Shown in pieces: positions 1-9,447 of a stretch of 64,000 bases of DNA. This stretch comes from Methanothrix sp. GTDB taxonomy: Archaea > Halobacteriota > Methanosarcinia > Methanotrichales > Methanotrichaceae. The stretch lies in assembly GCA_963682135.1 (NCBI GenBank), contig OY821645.1, positions 2,208,001 to 2,272,000 on the forward strand, given 5' to 3'. The notes under the pieces are model-generated. The model was given only the letters and a program-made list of their open reading frames with translations. It was not told the DNA's origin and did no database searches. The position numbers and the translations under genes are program-made. How positions within the stretch are numbered: position 1 is the stretch's first letter; each line of letters begins with the position of its first letter.

Positions 1-666
1 GACCCATATAAAAGCTTTAAAGAGGCGAGCAACCATGTGGCTCTGGCTCTTCTGCCCATGGCTGAGGAATTCTACGAAAGCGCAGAGGATAAGATTGAGG
101 CATTAATTCGCATTGCAGCGGCCGCCAATTCCATGGAGTTTGGAGTCAAGGGCCACGATTTCGATAATAGTACCTTTGCCGGAGTATTTCTAAAAACGCT
201 TTCTGAAAAGCTATATGGCGATATTAGCGAGGTTAAGAGACGTCTATGTGGCTTTAGCAATATCTTTTATCTCACGGATAATTGCGGTGAAGCTGTATTT
301 GATCTCTTCGTAATCGACAAGCTTCGGAAAATGGGAAAACAGGTGGTAGTGGGATCGAAGTCTGAGCCGGTTCTCAATGATGTCACCAAGAGTGAACTCT
401 CAGCCATGACCCGCATGCAGATCAATGTCATTGCGACCGGAAATGTGGTGGGAACAGCCCGGGAGCACCTGGAGCCCGAGGCTCGCGCCCTATTGTTTGA
501 TCCAAGCTGGCTGATACTGTCCAAAGGCATGGGAAACTTCGAGACCATGTCAGAGTACGATGAAATGCTGACAGGGAGGCTCATCTACCTCATGAGAGCC
601 AAATGTGAGCCTGTTGCCATGGTTATTGGTGTGCCCAAAGGAACTCTGGTGGCAAAATCGATTTAA
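1..666 (+). CDS. DUF89/ARMT1-like damage-control phosphatase (5'-partial)
   Basis: Frame open from base 1 (DPYKSFKEASNH...); motifs ANSMEFG, DNCGEAVFD, NDVT, KGMGNFE. Confidence 0.85.
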   Translation, partial: DPYKSFKEASNHVALALLPMAEEFYESAEDKIEALIRIAAAANSMEFGVKGHDFDNSTFAGVFLKTLSEKLYGDISEVKRRLCGFSNIFYLTDNCGEAVFDLFVIDKLRKMGKQVVVGSKSEPVLNDVTKSELSAMTRMQINVIATGNVVGTAREHLEPEARALLFDPSWLILSKGMGNFETMSEYDEMLTGRLIYLMRAKCEPVAMVIGVPKGTLVAKSI

Positions 667-701
667 CACATGGGATGATGAATCATAGACATCATATTTT
701 T

Positions 702-1364
702 TCACCGGTAGTTCATATCTACCTCACAAGCTGCCACAACTTCCGGCTCCTCTATGACAGGCTCCAGGAGAGTTATGTCAATGTCGAGGTGAAGAAGCTC
801 ATTTATTGCACAAAGCAGGTTATTTGCCGCCCGGAGGTCCACGGGGTCGGCTCCAGAGCTTGTCGCCAGCAAGCAGAAACCGCGCAGATCATATAGAGGC
901 GCCATCCCAGCCAGAAGGCCGTTCAATCCGCCGACAGCACCGCTTCGCAGCAAGGGGATTTTGCACTCACAAAGAGCCGCAGCTGAATCAACGTCCGTTG
1001 CAGTGCCCAGGACGGTTTCGTTCGTCTCTCCTACATATGCCGCCAGGGTGATAACATCCGTGACACCCTGCTTCTTAATGGCCTGCAGTATATTTCCTGC
1101 CAGCTCATGCATGCCCACTACATCCAGGGGCTGGGCATCACCGGAGAGGATGAGAATGTTCTCTTTTTCCTTGGTGCGCATCAACTGAGCATGCATCAAC
1201 TTCGCCAATCCTCCAGAGACCATTACTTGGGGAGGAAAGCTGCGCGAAAAAAAGGGTATTATGGTACTGCATTCCAGGGCAGTAGCCAGGTAATCGGTTG
1301 CCACTTTGCCGACACTTCCAATTCCCGGAAGACCACAAATGCAGATAAAGCGAGACTCAAACAT
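702..1364 (-). CDS. PAC2-family proteasome assembly chaperone
   Basis: GLPGIGSVGK N-terminus, GDAQP, GGLNGLL. Confidence 0.85.
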   Translation of the reverse strand: MFESRFICICGLPGIGSVGKVATDYLATALECSTIIPFFSRSFPPQVMVSGGLAKLMHAQLMRTKEKENILILSGDAQPLDVVGMHELAGNILQAIKKQGVTDVITLAAYVGETNETVLGTATDVDSAAALCECKIPLLRSGAVGGLNGLLAGMAPLYDLRGFCLLATSSGADPVDLRAANNLLCAINELLHLDIDITLLEPVIEEPEVVAACEVDMNYR

Positions 1365-1443
1365 CGAAATATTGTTGGCGTGCAGCTATAACATACTTTC
1401 GCCAACCCAATATTCCGATATTATATTAGTGAGAAGATGCTTC

Positions 1444-2058
1444 TTATCTTCCTACTGCCTCCATCAGCCAGTTGATCTTAACGGTCTCATTAGTTTCCGA
1501 GTTAGGAAACTCCGCCGGCTGCATCTGTCCGTTCATGAACAGGTAGGATTTTCCAGTAGCATCGGTAGTCTCCGTACCGATGGGAGCGGCCCCACGATCA
1601 TAGTAGACTACATAAAAGTCTCCTGTTACCGCTACTCCCGGTATCTCTATCTCCCCGAATCTCGGCCCGACGTCAGAGAGGAAATAGTTGTTCTGGGCGT
1701 CAGCAAATTTATAGAGAAGATTAAGATCCTTGTCTCTTATCTCAACCATTATATTTCTGTCCGCAGGGTACGATTGTGTGGACTGATTGTACCCGCTCCA
1801 ACCCAAAACCCGCACCGTTTGCAGCTTCCAGCCGGCTTTGGGGGCAGTGAATTTTACAGCTTCTCCGACATCCAGAGAGCCAAATTCAACCAATGAAGAG
1901 AATAATGTAAAGTTAATCTCCGAATAATTCTTTTCGCTATCTCCTCTCAGTGTTGTCAATTGTGGTGTTGCGGCCTGTGCAGCGATAGCATTTATGCATA
2001 GGGCGGCGCAACATAAACAAGCAAGCAATAAGATAGTATTCTTCATTAGATCACCCAA
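1444..2058 (-). CDS. Secreted hypothetical protein, paralog of the next gene
   Basis: Signal peptide; shares AVKFTAPK..WKL.TV..LGW.G and RDKDLNLLY.FAD.Q with 2159..2788. Confidence 0.75.
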   Translation of the reverse strand: MGDLMKNTILLLACLCCAALCINAIAAQAATPQLTTLRGDSEKNYSEINFTLFSSLVEFGSLDVGEAVKFTAPKAGWKLQTVRVLGWSGYNQSTQSYPADRNIMVEIRDKDLNLLYKFADAQNNYFLSDVGPRFGEIEIPGVAVTGDFYVVYYDRGAAPIGTETTDATGKSYLFMNGQMQPAEFPNSETNETVKINWLMEAVGR

Positions 2059-2158
2059 GATCTATCAAATGATTTTTATCCATATAAAGATTCTGATATG
2101 TGCCGTCTCCGATTTCATGATTTGAATAAATTTCGAGACATCTGAAAAAAGAAAATAC

Positions 2159-2788
2159 TTAATTACCACCGATAGTCATTATCCAATTTAGCGGCACAGA
2201 TTCATTCTCCCGGAATAGAGGGAGATTTGAAGGCAACAATGTATTTCCGTCTTCAATGTAGATGAACGAGTTCTGGCTGGTCTTATTGAGAATTTCACTG
2301 GCGACGGCAATTGCTCCCCGGTCAAAGAAGCATACATAAAATTCGTCGCTTACCGGTATTGATGGCAGACGTATGGTAAATGGATATGTCTCTGTGGCAT
2401 TACGCACAAAGTTGGAGTACGGGAGTTGGGAGTCAGCAAATCTATATAGCAGATTTAAATCCTTGTCCCTAACTTCGAGGGCAATCATCCGTTCCCTGGG
2501 AATAGACTGCGTACTGCCGTTAAAGCCGTCCCATCCCAATATTTGCACGGTATTCAGCTTCCAATTGGGTTTTGGGGCAGTGAATTTAACTGCTTCCGCA
2601 ATAAAGTAAGCAGGAAGGCCCATGATCGATAGTAGGTCAATGGAGACTATTTTCTTCTGGGAGAGATTTCCCTCATAAGAATTCAAGAGCTGATTCTCGG
2701 GTGATTTTGCATCAGCGGCAGCTGATATGCCGGTCAAAGATAGAACCATTAAGCATAATACAGTAATTAATAAGACCATCTTCTTCAA
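2159..2788 (-). CDS. Secreted hypothetical protein, tandem paralog
   Basis: Signal peptide MKKMVLLITVLCLM; same conserved blocks as 1444..2058. Confidence 0.75.
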   Translation of the reverse strand: MKKMVLLITVLCLMVLSLTGISAAADAKSPENQLLNSYEGNLSQKKIVSIDLLSIMGLPAYFIAEAVKFTAPKPNWKLNTVQILGWDGFNGSTQSIPRERMIALEVRDKDLNLLYRFADSQLPYSNFVRNATETYPFTIRLPSIPVSDEFYVCFFDRGAIAVASEILNKTSQNSFIYIEDGNTLLPSNLPLFRENESVPLNWIMTIGGN

Positions 2789-2854
2789 ACGATCACCTGA
2801 AGAATAACAAATGATTTAGCCCATATAAAGATTCTGTGTGTGCAGACAATCAAT

Positions 2855-3202
2855 TCAGGTAAAGCACCTCTCCAGGTACGCCGCCAGATCCTCGATGCTC
2901 TCCATCCTCTCATCGATGGGCCTGCTTTCCCCGGTGCGCTCGTAAACAACCTCCCAGGTGCAATAGTCTCGCAGCCGCATAACCGGCTCACCGCCGGGCG
3001 TTGCGGCCAGATCGGTCTCAAAGCGCATCCAACGGTCGCCTTCCCGCTCCACATCGAAATTGGCGCAGGCCCCGCAGGTGCCGCCGTAATAGATATCGTC
3101 CACCACATCAATGTAAAGCCTTACCCAGGAGACGCATTTGGAGTAGCGATAGACTCCATCGGTTATGCAATCGGGACCATCCCACCCAGCTAGTGGTATC
3201 AT
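2855..3202 (-). CDS. Small hypothetical protein with CxxC
   Basis: Fills the gap divergent from Ku; TCGAC motif; likely start MIPLAGW. Confidence 0.5.
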   Translation of the reverse strand: MIPLAGWDGPDCITDGVYRYSKCVSWVRLYIDVVDDIYYGGTCGACANFDVEREGDRWMRFETDLAATPGGEPVMRLRDYCTWEVVYERTGESRPIDERMESIEDLAAYLERCFT

Positions 3203-3331
3203 TATAAGCTGATTTGCGGGGCTTGATTTATGCACCTTGCGCTAAAAAGCTATCATGTGATTTATCGCCTCATGAGTCAGTGGACGGATCGATCCAAAAA
3301 TTCTTCTAGATTCCCAGCAGAATACACTTTC

Positions 3332-4180
3332 ATGCCCGAGGTTGTGCAGCTTGTCGATGAAAAACCGGAAAAGACGCCCGATGGGACAACAGCAAAGGCC
3401 TCTTCCGCCGCCGCTCCCCCCAGGACCACCTGGTCCGGTAGCCTGAGAATCGGCCTGGTGAATATTCCAGTCAAGGCCATGCTCATGACCAAAGATGTGC
3501 GCATCAGCTTTCGCATGCTGCATCGCAGTTGCCGGACGGCCATCTCTAACAAGCGCTTCTGTCAGGAGGGCGAGGAGGTCACACTGGCCGATATCGTCTA
3601 CGGCTATCCTCTGGGCAATAACAGGTATGCGGTACTGGAAAAAAAAGAGATTGAAGCTGCCAAGCCCGAATCGAAGAACACCATAGCTCTTGATCGTTTT
3701 GTGAACTTCTTCGAGGTCGATCCCCACTACTTCGAAAAGACCTATCTCCTCTTGCCGGATAGATCCGAAGAAGCCTACTCGCTCTTGAGAGCAGTCATGG
3801 AGAAGACGGCCAAAGCGGCCATCGGCAGAATTACCCTCTACTCGCGAGAGAGACCGGTCCTGGTCCACTACTACCGGCAGGCGGTGGTGGCCACCACCAT
3901 GAGGTACCCTGAGGAGGTCTTGGACCCGCAAGACTATCAAGCCATCCGGGATCTTCCAGAGCCACAGGAAAAGGAGTTGGAACTGGCCATGCAGATCATA
4001 AAAAGCCTGAGCGGAGAATTGGACCTTTCTGCCTACCACGACCAGTACAAAGAAAGGATCGAAGCCCTGGTCAGGTCAAAGATAGAAGGGGCTGTGGCCG
4101 TCCCGGAGAAGAAGAAGGCAAAGACATCAGCCAAGAGTCTCATGGAAGCCCTGCGCCTGACCGCGCAGTCGCTGAAATGA
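3332..4180 (+). CDS. ku: Prokaryotic-type Ku (NHEJ DNA end-binding protein)
   Basis: W.GSL.IGLVNIPVK, YFEKTYLL.P, YHDQYKERIEALV, SLMEALR; ORF is open from 3230, so the start is uncertain. Confidence 0.93.
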   Translation: MPEVVQLVDEKPEKTPDGTTAKASSAAAPPRTTWSGSLRIGLVNIPVKAMLMTKDVRISFRMLHRSCRTAISNKRFCQEGEEVTLADIVYGYPLGNNRYAVLEKKEIEAAKPESKNTIALDRFVNFFEVDPHYFEKTYLLLPDRSEEAYSLLRAVMEKTAKAAIGRITLYSRERPVLVHYYRQAVVATTMRYPEEVLDPQDYQAIRDLPEPQEKELELAMQIIKSLSGELDLSAYHDQYKERIEALVRSKIEGAVAVPEKKKAKTSAKSLMEALRLTAQSLK

Positions 4181-4200
4181 TGTAAATAATTGGAGATGAA

Positions 4201-5139
4201 ATGCATCCGGTAAAGCCCATGCTGGCTGTGTCCGGCCAGCCTTTTAACTCGGCAGAATGGATCTTTGAGCCCAAGATCGACGGGACTCGCTGTTTGGCAG
4301 AAGTATCCGAAAGAGGATTGCTCCTCTACAACCGCAGGCTGCTAGATATCGCCTATCGCTATCCAGAGGTAACAGATGCTCTGGCCCAGGCGGCATCAGG
4401 CTGCATGCTGGATGGAGAGATCACCGTCTTTGCGGATAACAGGCCAAGCTTTGCCGCTCTTGCCAGGCGCGACCACCAAAGCGAGAGGATGCGCATAGAA
4501 TACCTTGCTCGCGATCTTCCGGCCAGTTACGTTGTCTTTGATATCCTTTACGCGAAAGAGAGTTGCGTTATGAACCTGCCGCTCCGGCAGCGAAAGAGAA
4601 TCCTGCATGAAGTGCTGCAAGAGAACGAAACGGTAATCATCGTTGACTCATTTCCAGAAAAGGGCGAAGACTATTTTCAAGCGGCTCTCAAGATGGGAAT
4701 CGAGGGAGTAGTAGCCAAGAGACTGAACTCCATCTATCTGCCTGGCGCAAGAAGTCCGGACTGGATAAAGATCAAGAAGAGCTTCAAGCTGGACCTGGTG
4801 ATAGGAGGCTATATTCCTGGAAAGGGAGGACGCGCCCCTTACTTTGGCGGCCTTCTTCTGGGGGCATACAGCCACGGCCAGCTGCATTACGTTGGTAGGG
4901 TTGGATCAGGATTTACCGACAGAGAGCTGGAGGAGATTGCCGCGGACTTTTCGCTCCTGGACCATTCTCCTTTCAGCAATGCACCGCCTACCCCAGAGGT
5001 AAGATGGGTCAAACCCAACCAGGTGGTGCAGGTCTCTGCCCTGGAGGTCACACAAGACGGCCACCTTCGTGCCCCGGTATTCCTGCGCACCAGAGACGAC
5101 AAAGAACCACTGGAGTGCACTCTTGATCAGCTAAATTGA
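4201..5139 (+). CDS. ATP-dependent DNA ligase, LigD-type ligase domain only
   Basis: Motifs EPKIDG, LDGEI, YVVFDIL, EGVVAK, WIKIK; OB-fold GHLRAPVF; no polymerase or phosphoesterase domain. Confidence 0.92.
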   Translation: MHPVKPMLAVSGQPFNSAEWIFEPKIDGTRCLAEVSERGLLLYNRRLLDIAYRYPEVTDALAQAASGCMLDGEITVFADNRPSFAALARRDHQSERMRIEYLARDLPASYVVFDILYAKESCVMNLPLRQRKRILHEVLQENETVIIVDSFPEKGEDYFQAALKMGIEGVVAKRLNSIYLPGARSPDWIKIKKSFKLDLVIGGYIPGKGGRAPYFGGLLLGAYSHGQLHYVGRVGSGFTDRELEEIAADFSLLDHSPFSNAPPTPEVRWVKPNQVVQVSALEVTQDGHLRAPVFLRTRDDKEPLECTLDQLN

Positions 5140-5195
5140 TTGCAAAAAAAACTGAGGGCGGACTGCAGCCGGCCCCATGAGTCTGCGCTGCAATC

Positions 5196-5603
5196 TTACG
5201 CCATCACCTGCTCCTTGAGAATATAGCGGATCAGGTCTTCAGATAGCTTGGTCTCCCTCTGCAGCTTCTTTACAGTCTCATCGATGCTGTTGCCCTCTGC
5301 CATGAGGCTCGATATCCTACCCACAATCTTCTCGCCAACGGCATAATACTCATCAATGTCCTTTCTGTGTCCCCAAACATCTCCCCGCAAGAGCTGCACA
5401 CCCTGGATCTCCAGGAATTGCTGGGCCGCCTTGGACATGGTCTCATGGTAGGATGGCGGAATCTGCACAGCTCGCAGACGTGGGCAGGACTGAACCAGGT
5501 TCATTACATCCATATTTGAGGCTCGGAAAGCCAGATGGACAAGCTGCTCGTTCCTGTTTAGATCGGTGATCTCCTTCTTAGAACTAACTACCCTCAGTTT
5601 CAT
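5196..5603 (-). CDS. DUF1699 family protein
   Basis: MKLRVVSSKKEI, HLAFRASN, GDVWGHRKDIDEY. Confidence 0.85.
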   Translation of the reverse strand: MKLRVVSSKKEITDLNRNEQLVHLAFRASNMDVMNLVQSCPRLRAVQIPPSYHETMSKAAQQFLEIQGVQLLRGDVWGHRKDIDEYYAVGEKIVGRISSLMAEGNSIDETVKKLQRETKLSEDLIRYILKEQVMA

Positions 5604-5809
5604 GCTACTTACCAATGCTCTTAAAATATTTATAGATAATGGTAATCATAGTAATCCTTAATTAGATATACTGAGATCAGTAACTGAATATGTAAAATAT
5701 TTATGCATAAGCGCTAATGTCCGGAGATATTTCCTGAGTTATGTCAATGATTTGAATATGTTTATTGGATACGTCGGTTTTTATATTATGACAGCTAGCC
5801 CTTGATCAG

Positions 5810-6790
5810 TTAGCGATGATGATCCTCTCGAAAAGATCTTACCGCTGCCGCGCAGTTGGCCAACAGCTTGCCGGCCAGCTCCTGACTGGGCCAGGAGCCC
5901 AGGCCGCAGTCAGGCCCTGTAGCCCTCAGCCGATCTCCAAATTGAGCATGGGCTCGCTCCAGTCTCTTCCTCATGACCTGAGGGGATTCCCTTTCCAGGA
6001 TCTCCCTCTCCAGCCTTGGCATATCCTGCCAGAGATTGACGCCCAACTGTTCATTCAAGAGAGCGGACAATGACAGAATATCGGTTCGTGCAATCCCCGC
6101 GCGAAGATAACTATCCGTCTCCTCCAGTACCTTCTTGTCGATCAACTGCAGATAGTCGGGATGCGACGCAGATTCAATGCCCACGATACTGATGCCCGGA
6201 ACCTGAGCACAGACCTCGGCATAGAGAGGCGAATGCAGATGGACTTCGCAGTCCATTCCCTGGCATGGACTGCTGGCAATCTGCAGGGCATCAAGTATCT
6301 CGTCTTCGGAAAAAATGATATTGGAATTCAATCCCAGGCTGGGCTCGTCCAGAGATGCCACGGACATCTTTCCCGCCTCCAACGAGGCGCAAAAGAACCT
6401 GGCCACGCTCTTTGCCAGGTTTTCAAGAATATCAGGATAATGCGTAGCTCCGAAGACAGAGATGTAAAGCTCCACCGGTCCGGTAACGCATACCCGCACG
6501 GCCTGGCCCGCCGGCACGGCTTCCAGCTCCATGATCCGGGCATGCTCTTTATTAATCAGATAAGGTTCCTGTGCATAATCCGGATTCTCGATACAATCCA
6601 TGAACATGCGGATCATATCCCGAAACTGAGGATAGGTGGGAACCTCTACACCGGCACGACTCTTTTGAGCTAGAACATCGCGCACAAGATTCAGATATTG
6701 ATCGCGAGACAAGCCCTTTGGCCTGACCCCTTTGGGCAGGGGAAAGCTGCCGATATCATCGAAGAATATGCCCTCAATTTGCCGCGACAT
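5810..6790 (-). CDS. Core (single-domain, MetE-like) methionine synthase
   Basis: DDIGSFP, TGPVEL, LDEPSLG, GPDCGL; HLH at the usual HxC Zn site. Confidence 0.8.
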   Translation of the reverse strand: MSRQIEGIFFDDIGSFPLPKGVRPKGLSRDQYLNLVRDVLAQKSRAGVEVPTYPQFRDMIRMFMDCIENPDYAQEPYLINKEHARIMELEAVPAGQAVRVCVTGPVELYISVFGATHYPDILENLAKSVARFFCASLEAGKMSVASLDEPSLGLNSNIIFSEDEILDALQIASSPCQGMDCEVHLHSPLYAEVCAQVPGISIVGIESASHPDYLQLIDKKVLEETDSYLRAGIARTDILSLSALLNEQLGVNLWQDMPRLEREILERESPQVMRKRLERAHAQFGDRLRATGPDCGLGSWPSQELAGKLLANCAAAVRSFREDHHR

Positions 6791-6806
6791 TCGTTAATCA
6801 CCTTTT

Positions 6807-8156
6807 CTAGAGAAAGCGCCTCAGGTACTCCTTCAAAGAGGCGTACTGTCCATCCATCATCTCAAAACTCTCTTCCAGCTCATCCAGCCGGGCCATGGCC
6901 GCTGGTAAAGGCGGATTTATGCCGGTGGCTCGCACGATCTCCTCCGGGAATTTAGCCGGGTCGGCTGTCTCCAGGGAAACGCATGGACTGAAATCGCCGC
7001 ACTCCTCCAGGTACTTCATGAGGCCAGCCCAGGCCACGGCCCCGTGCGGCTCCAGCAGGACGTGGTAGCGGCTGTATGCCTCCTTGATGGTCTGGCGAGT
7101 CTCTTCGTCCGTGATGGAAACGGCATAGATATCATTTCGCATGGCCGCCATATCCGGCTTCCTGCTCACCCGGCCCGTCTCATCCATCTGACCGCCGTAA
7201 AGGAAAAAGAGGCGGGCGAGGTTACTGGGGTGGCCTACGTTCATGGCATTGGAGATGCAGTTCTTGCTGGGCCGGATGGGCTCATAGATGCCTGTATCCA
7301 TAAAACTGGGAAACTCATCATTCTCATTGGTCGCCACCACGAACTTTTGCACGGGAAGGCCCATTTTCATGGCCAGGAGGCCACCCATGAGGTCTCCAAA
7401 GTTGCCACTGGGCACCGAGAAGACTATTTTCTCTCCCTGCGGCGCGGCGCGCGAGTGAGCATAGAAGTAATAGACTGCCTGGGGCAGCAATCTGCCGATA
7501 TTAATGGAATTGGCCGATGAGAGATTGAGTGCAGAGAGATCGGCATCGACAAAGGCCTGCTTGACCAGAGCCTGGCAGTCATCAAACTTGCCATGCACCG
7601 CCAGCGGAAAGATATTTTTGCCCAGTGTGGTCATCTGGCGACGCTGCCTTTCGGTTACCTCCTTCTCAGGGAATAATACTACTACCAATACATTATCCAG
7701 ACCATAGAAGGCATGAGCTACAGCCGAGCCCGTGTCTCCCGAGGTGGCGGTGAGGATGAGAATGCTTCTGCCTTCTAGGGCAAGGAAGTACTGGATCAAC
7801 CGGCCCATTGCCCTGGCAGCAAAATCTTTGAATGAGCAGGTGGGACCGCGATCCAGCCGCAAGACATATTTTTCGTCATAAACTCGCTCTATCGGAACAT
7901 CGTAATTGTAGGCGTTTTGCAGCATGGCCCGCAGGTCGGAGTCGGAGACCAAATCACCCAAATACGGCTTGATGACCTCGTAGGCGATTTGCGGATAACT
8001 CATCTTGGAGAATTGCCCTATTAGACTACTGGGAATTTGAGGTATCTCTTCCGGCATATAGAGCCCCTTGTCTGGGGCCTGGCCCATCAAGAGCGCTGCT
8101 CGAAAGTCCACGCGCTCGGTTTGGCCGTTGGTGCTGAAGAATTTGATGGCGGACAT
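6807..8156 (-). CDS. thrC: Threonine synthase
   Basis: GPTCSFKDF (PLP lysine), ATSGDTGSA, SANSINIGRL, VPSGNFG, TADPAKF. Confidence 0.95.
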   Translation of the reverse strand: MSAIKFFSTNGQTERVDFRAALLMGQAPDKGLYMPEEIPQIPSSLIGQFSKMSYPQIAYEVIKPYLGDLVSDSDLRAMLQNAYNYDVPIERVYDEKYVLRLDRGPTCSFKDFAARAMGRLIQYFLALEGRSILILTATSGDTGSAVAHAFYGLDNVLVVVLFPEKEVTERQRRQMTTLGKNIFPLAVHGKFDDCQALVKQAFVDADLSALNLSSANSINIGRLLPQAVYYFYAHSRAAPQGEKIVFSVPSGNFGDLMGGLLAMKMGLPVQKFVVATNENDEFPSFMDTGIYEPIRPSKNCISNAMNVGHPSNLARLFFLYGGQMDETGRVSRKPDMAAMRNDIYAVSITDEETRQTIKEAYSRYHVLLEPHGAVAWAGLMKYLEECGDFSPCVSLETADPAKFPEEIVRATGINPPLPAAMARLDELEESFEMMDGQYASLKEYLRRFL

Positions 8157-8692
8157 GTGTATAAGAAATAAGGCAAAGCTGATCTTTAAGGCTTTTCCAT
8201 GCAAAGACCGAAATCCTTATATTCGATTATTGTCTAAAACAACCTCGTCTAATATCGAAATTATTAGACTGCAATGCAGATGCGGAAAATTCCCATTAAT
8301 CGGGAGGAAGACTTGCTTAGATTCGAAGCAGACTACTTGTTTGAAGATGCACCAAGCATCGGTACAGGCATAAGACCGGCGAATTGGGATCTGCCCCGGG
8401 GACCAGAGCCCGGACCGCAGTGGCCCAGAAAGAAAAGACCGCAAATCCTTTGAAGGCAAAATTGGGCAGGTTGGCGGCCTTCGCGGCCCCTGGCCCAAAG
8501 ACTATCCAGAAAGGCGAGTCTATTTCAGCCGCTTTTTTTCCAATTTTTCAATTATTATGGACCGTCGTTTTCATTGCAACAATTTCAGGCGGCGGTGAGG
8601 GAATATTTAAGTATTAGTTGTCAGGTAAGTTGGACACAAATGATGGTCGTATCGCCCCGATATAGTGATAAATATAACGAGGAGGAAATGAG

Positions 8693-9445
8693 ATGGCGTT
8701 CTACACGTTGGGCCTCACTTTTAATCTTGTGATTTTCCTGACAGTAATTGTACTTGCTGTTTGGGCATATGGTATATATTTCAACTTTAAGAAATGGGGC
8801 CTCGGATCCACCGGCTACCACGACCAGTTGCGCAATAGCTTCTGGCTCTTCCTTGCCACCTGGATTCATGAGGCATTTAAGGATGGATTATGGGTATTTT
8901 TGAGGACTGCAGTGCTTGATGTTCTTCTATTGAGGAGGACGCTGGCCAGAAGCCCGGTGCGATGGGTTATGCACATGTCCATGTTTTATGGATTCCTGAT
9001 GCTTGCGGCACTTTCCGGCCTTGGACTTATGATCGATATCGTCGAGCATTTCAACCTGCTCGGGCTCTCTGCAGAAGCTGAGATGGCCAAGGAACTTCTC
9101 TCGCTACCCTTCGATATCTTCGGCTACCTGCTCCTCATCGGAGCCACCATCGCCGTATCCAGGAGAATCCTGCTTAAGTTCGTCCGGGATAACACCAGCG
9201 CCTATGACGCGCTGTTGATCGGCGCTGTGTTCCTCATCACCATCACTGGATTTTATGCTGAATGGATGCGCGGCAATTCCTTCCTCATCGGGAATGCCTT
9301 TGAATATCCCATCTATGCACCCCACTTCGCATTGATTCACACCGTTATGGCAATTGGTCTGTTCGCCTTGATCTTGCCATGGAGCAAATACATCCACGTC
9401 ATAGCTACACCCATGACCCTGATAGCCAATAGAGGAGGAGAATAA
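8693..9445 (+). CDS. hdrE: Heterodisulfide reductase cytochrome b subunit
   Basis: NarI-like membrane protein; RWVMH..MFYGF, PWSKYIH; 2 nt upstream of hdrD. Confidence 0.88.
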   Translation: MAFYTLGLTFNLVIFLTVIVLAVWAYGIYFNFKKWGLGSTGYHDQLRNSFWLFLATWIHEAFKDGLWVFLRTAVLDVLLLRRTLARSPVRWVMHMSMFYGFLMLAALSGLGLMIDIVEHFNLLGLSAEAEMAKELLSLPFDIFGYLLLIGATIAVSRRILLKFVRDNTSAYDALLIGAVFLITITGFYAEWMRGNSFLIGNAFEYPIYAPHFALIHTVMAIGLFALILPWSKYIHVIATPMTLIANRGGE

Positions 9446-9447
9446 GA

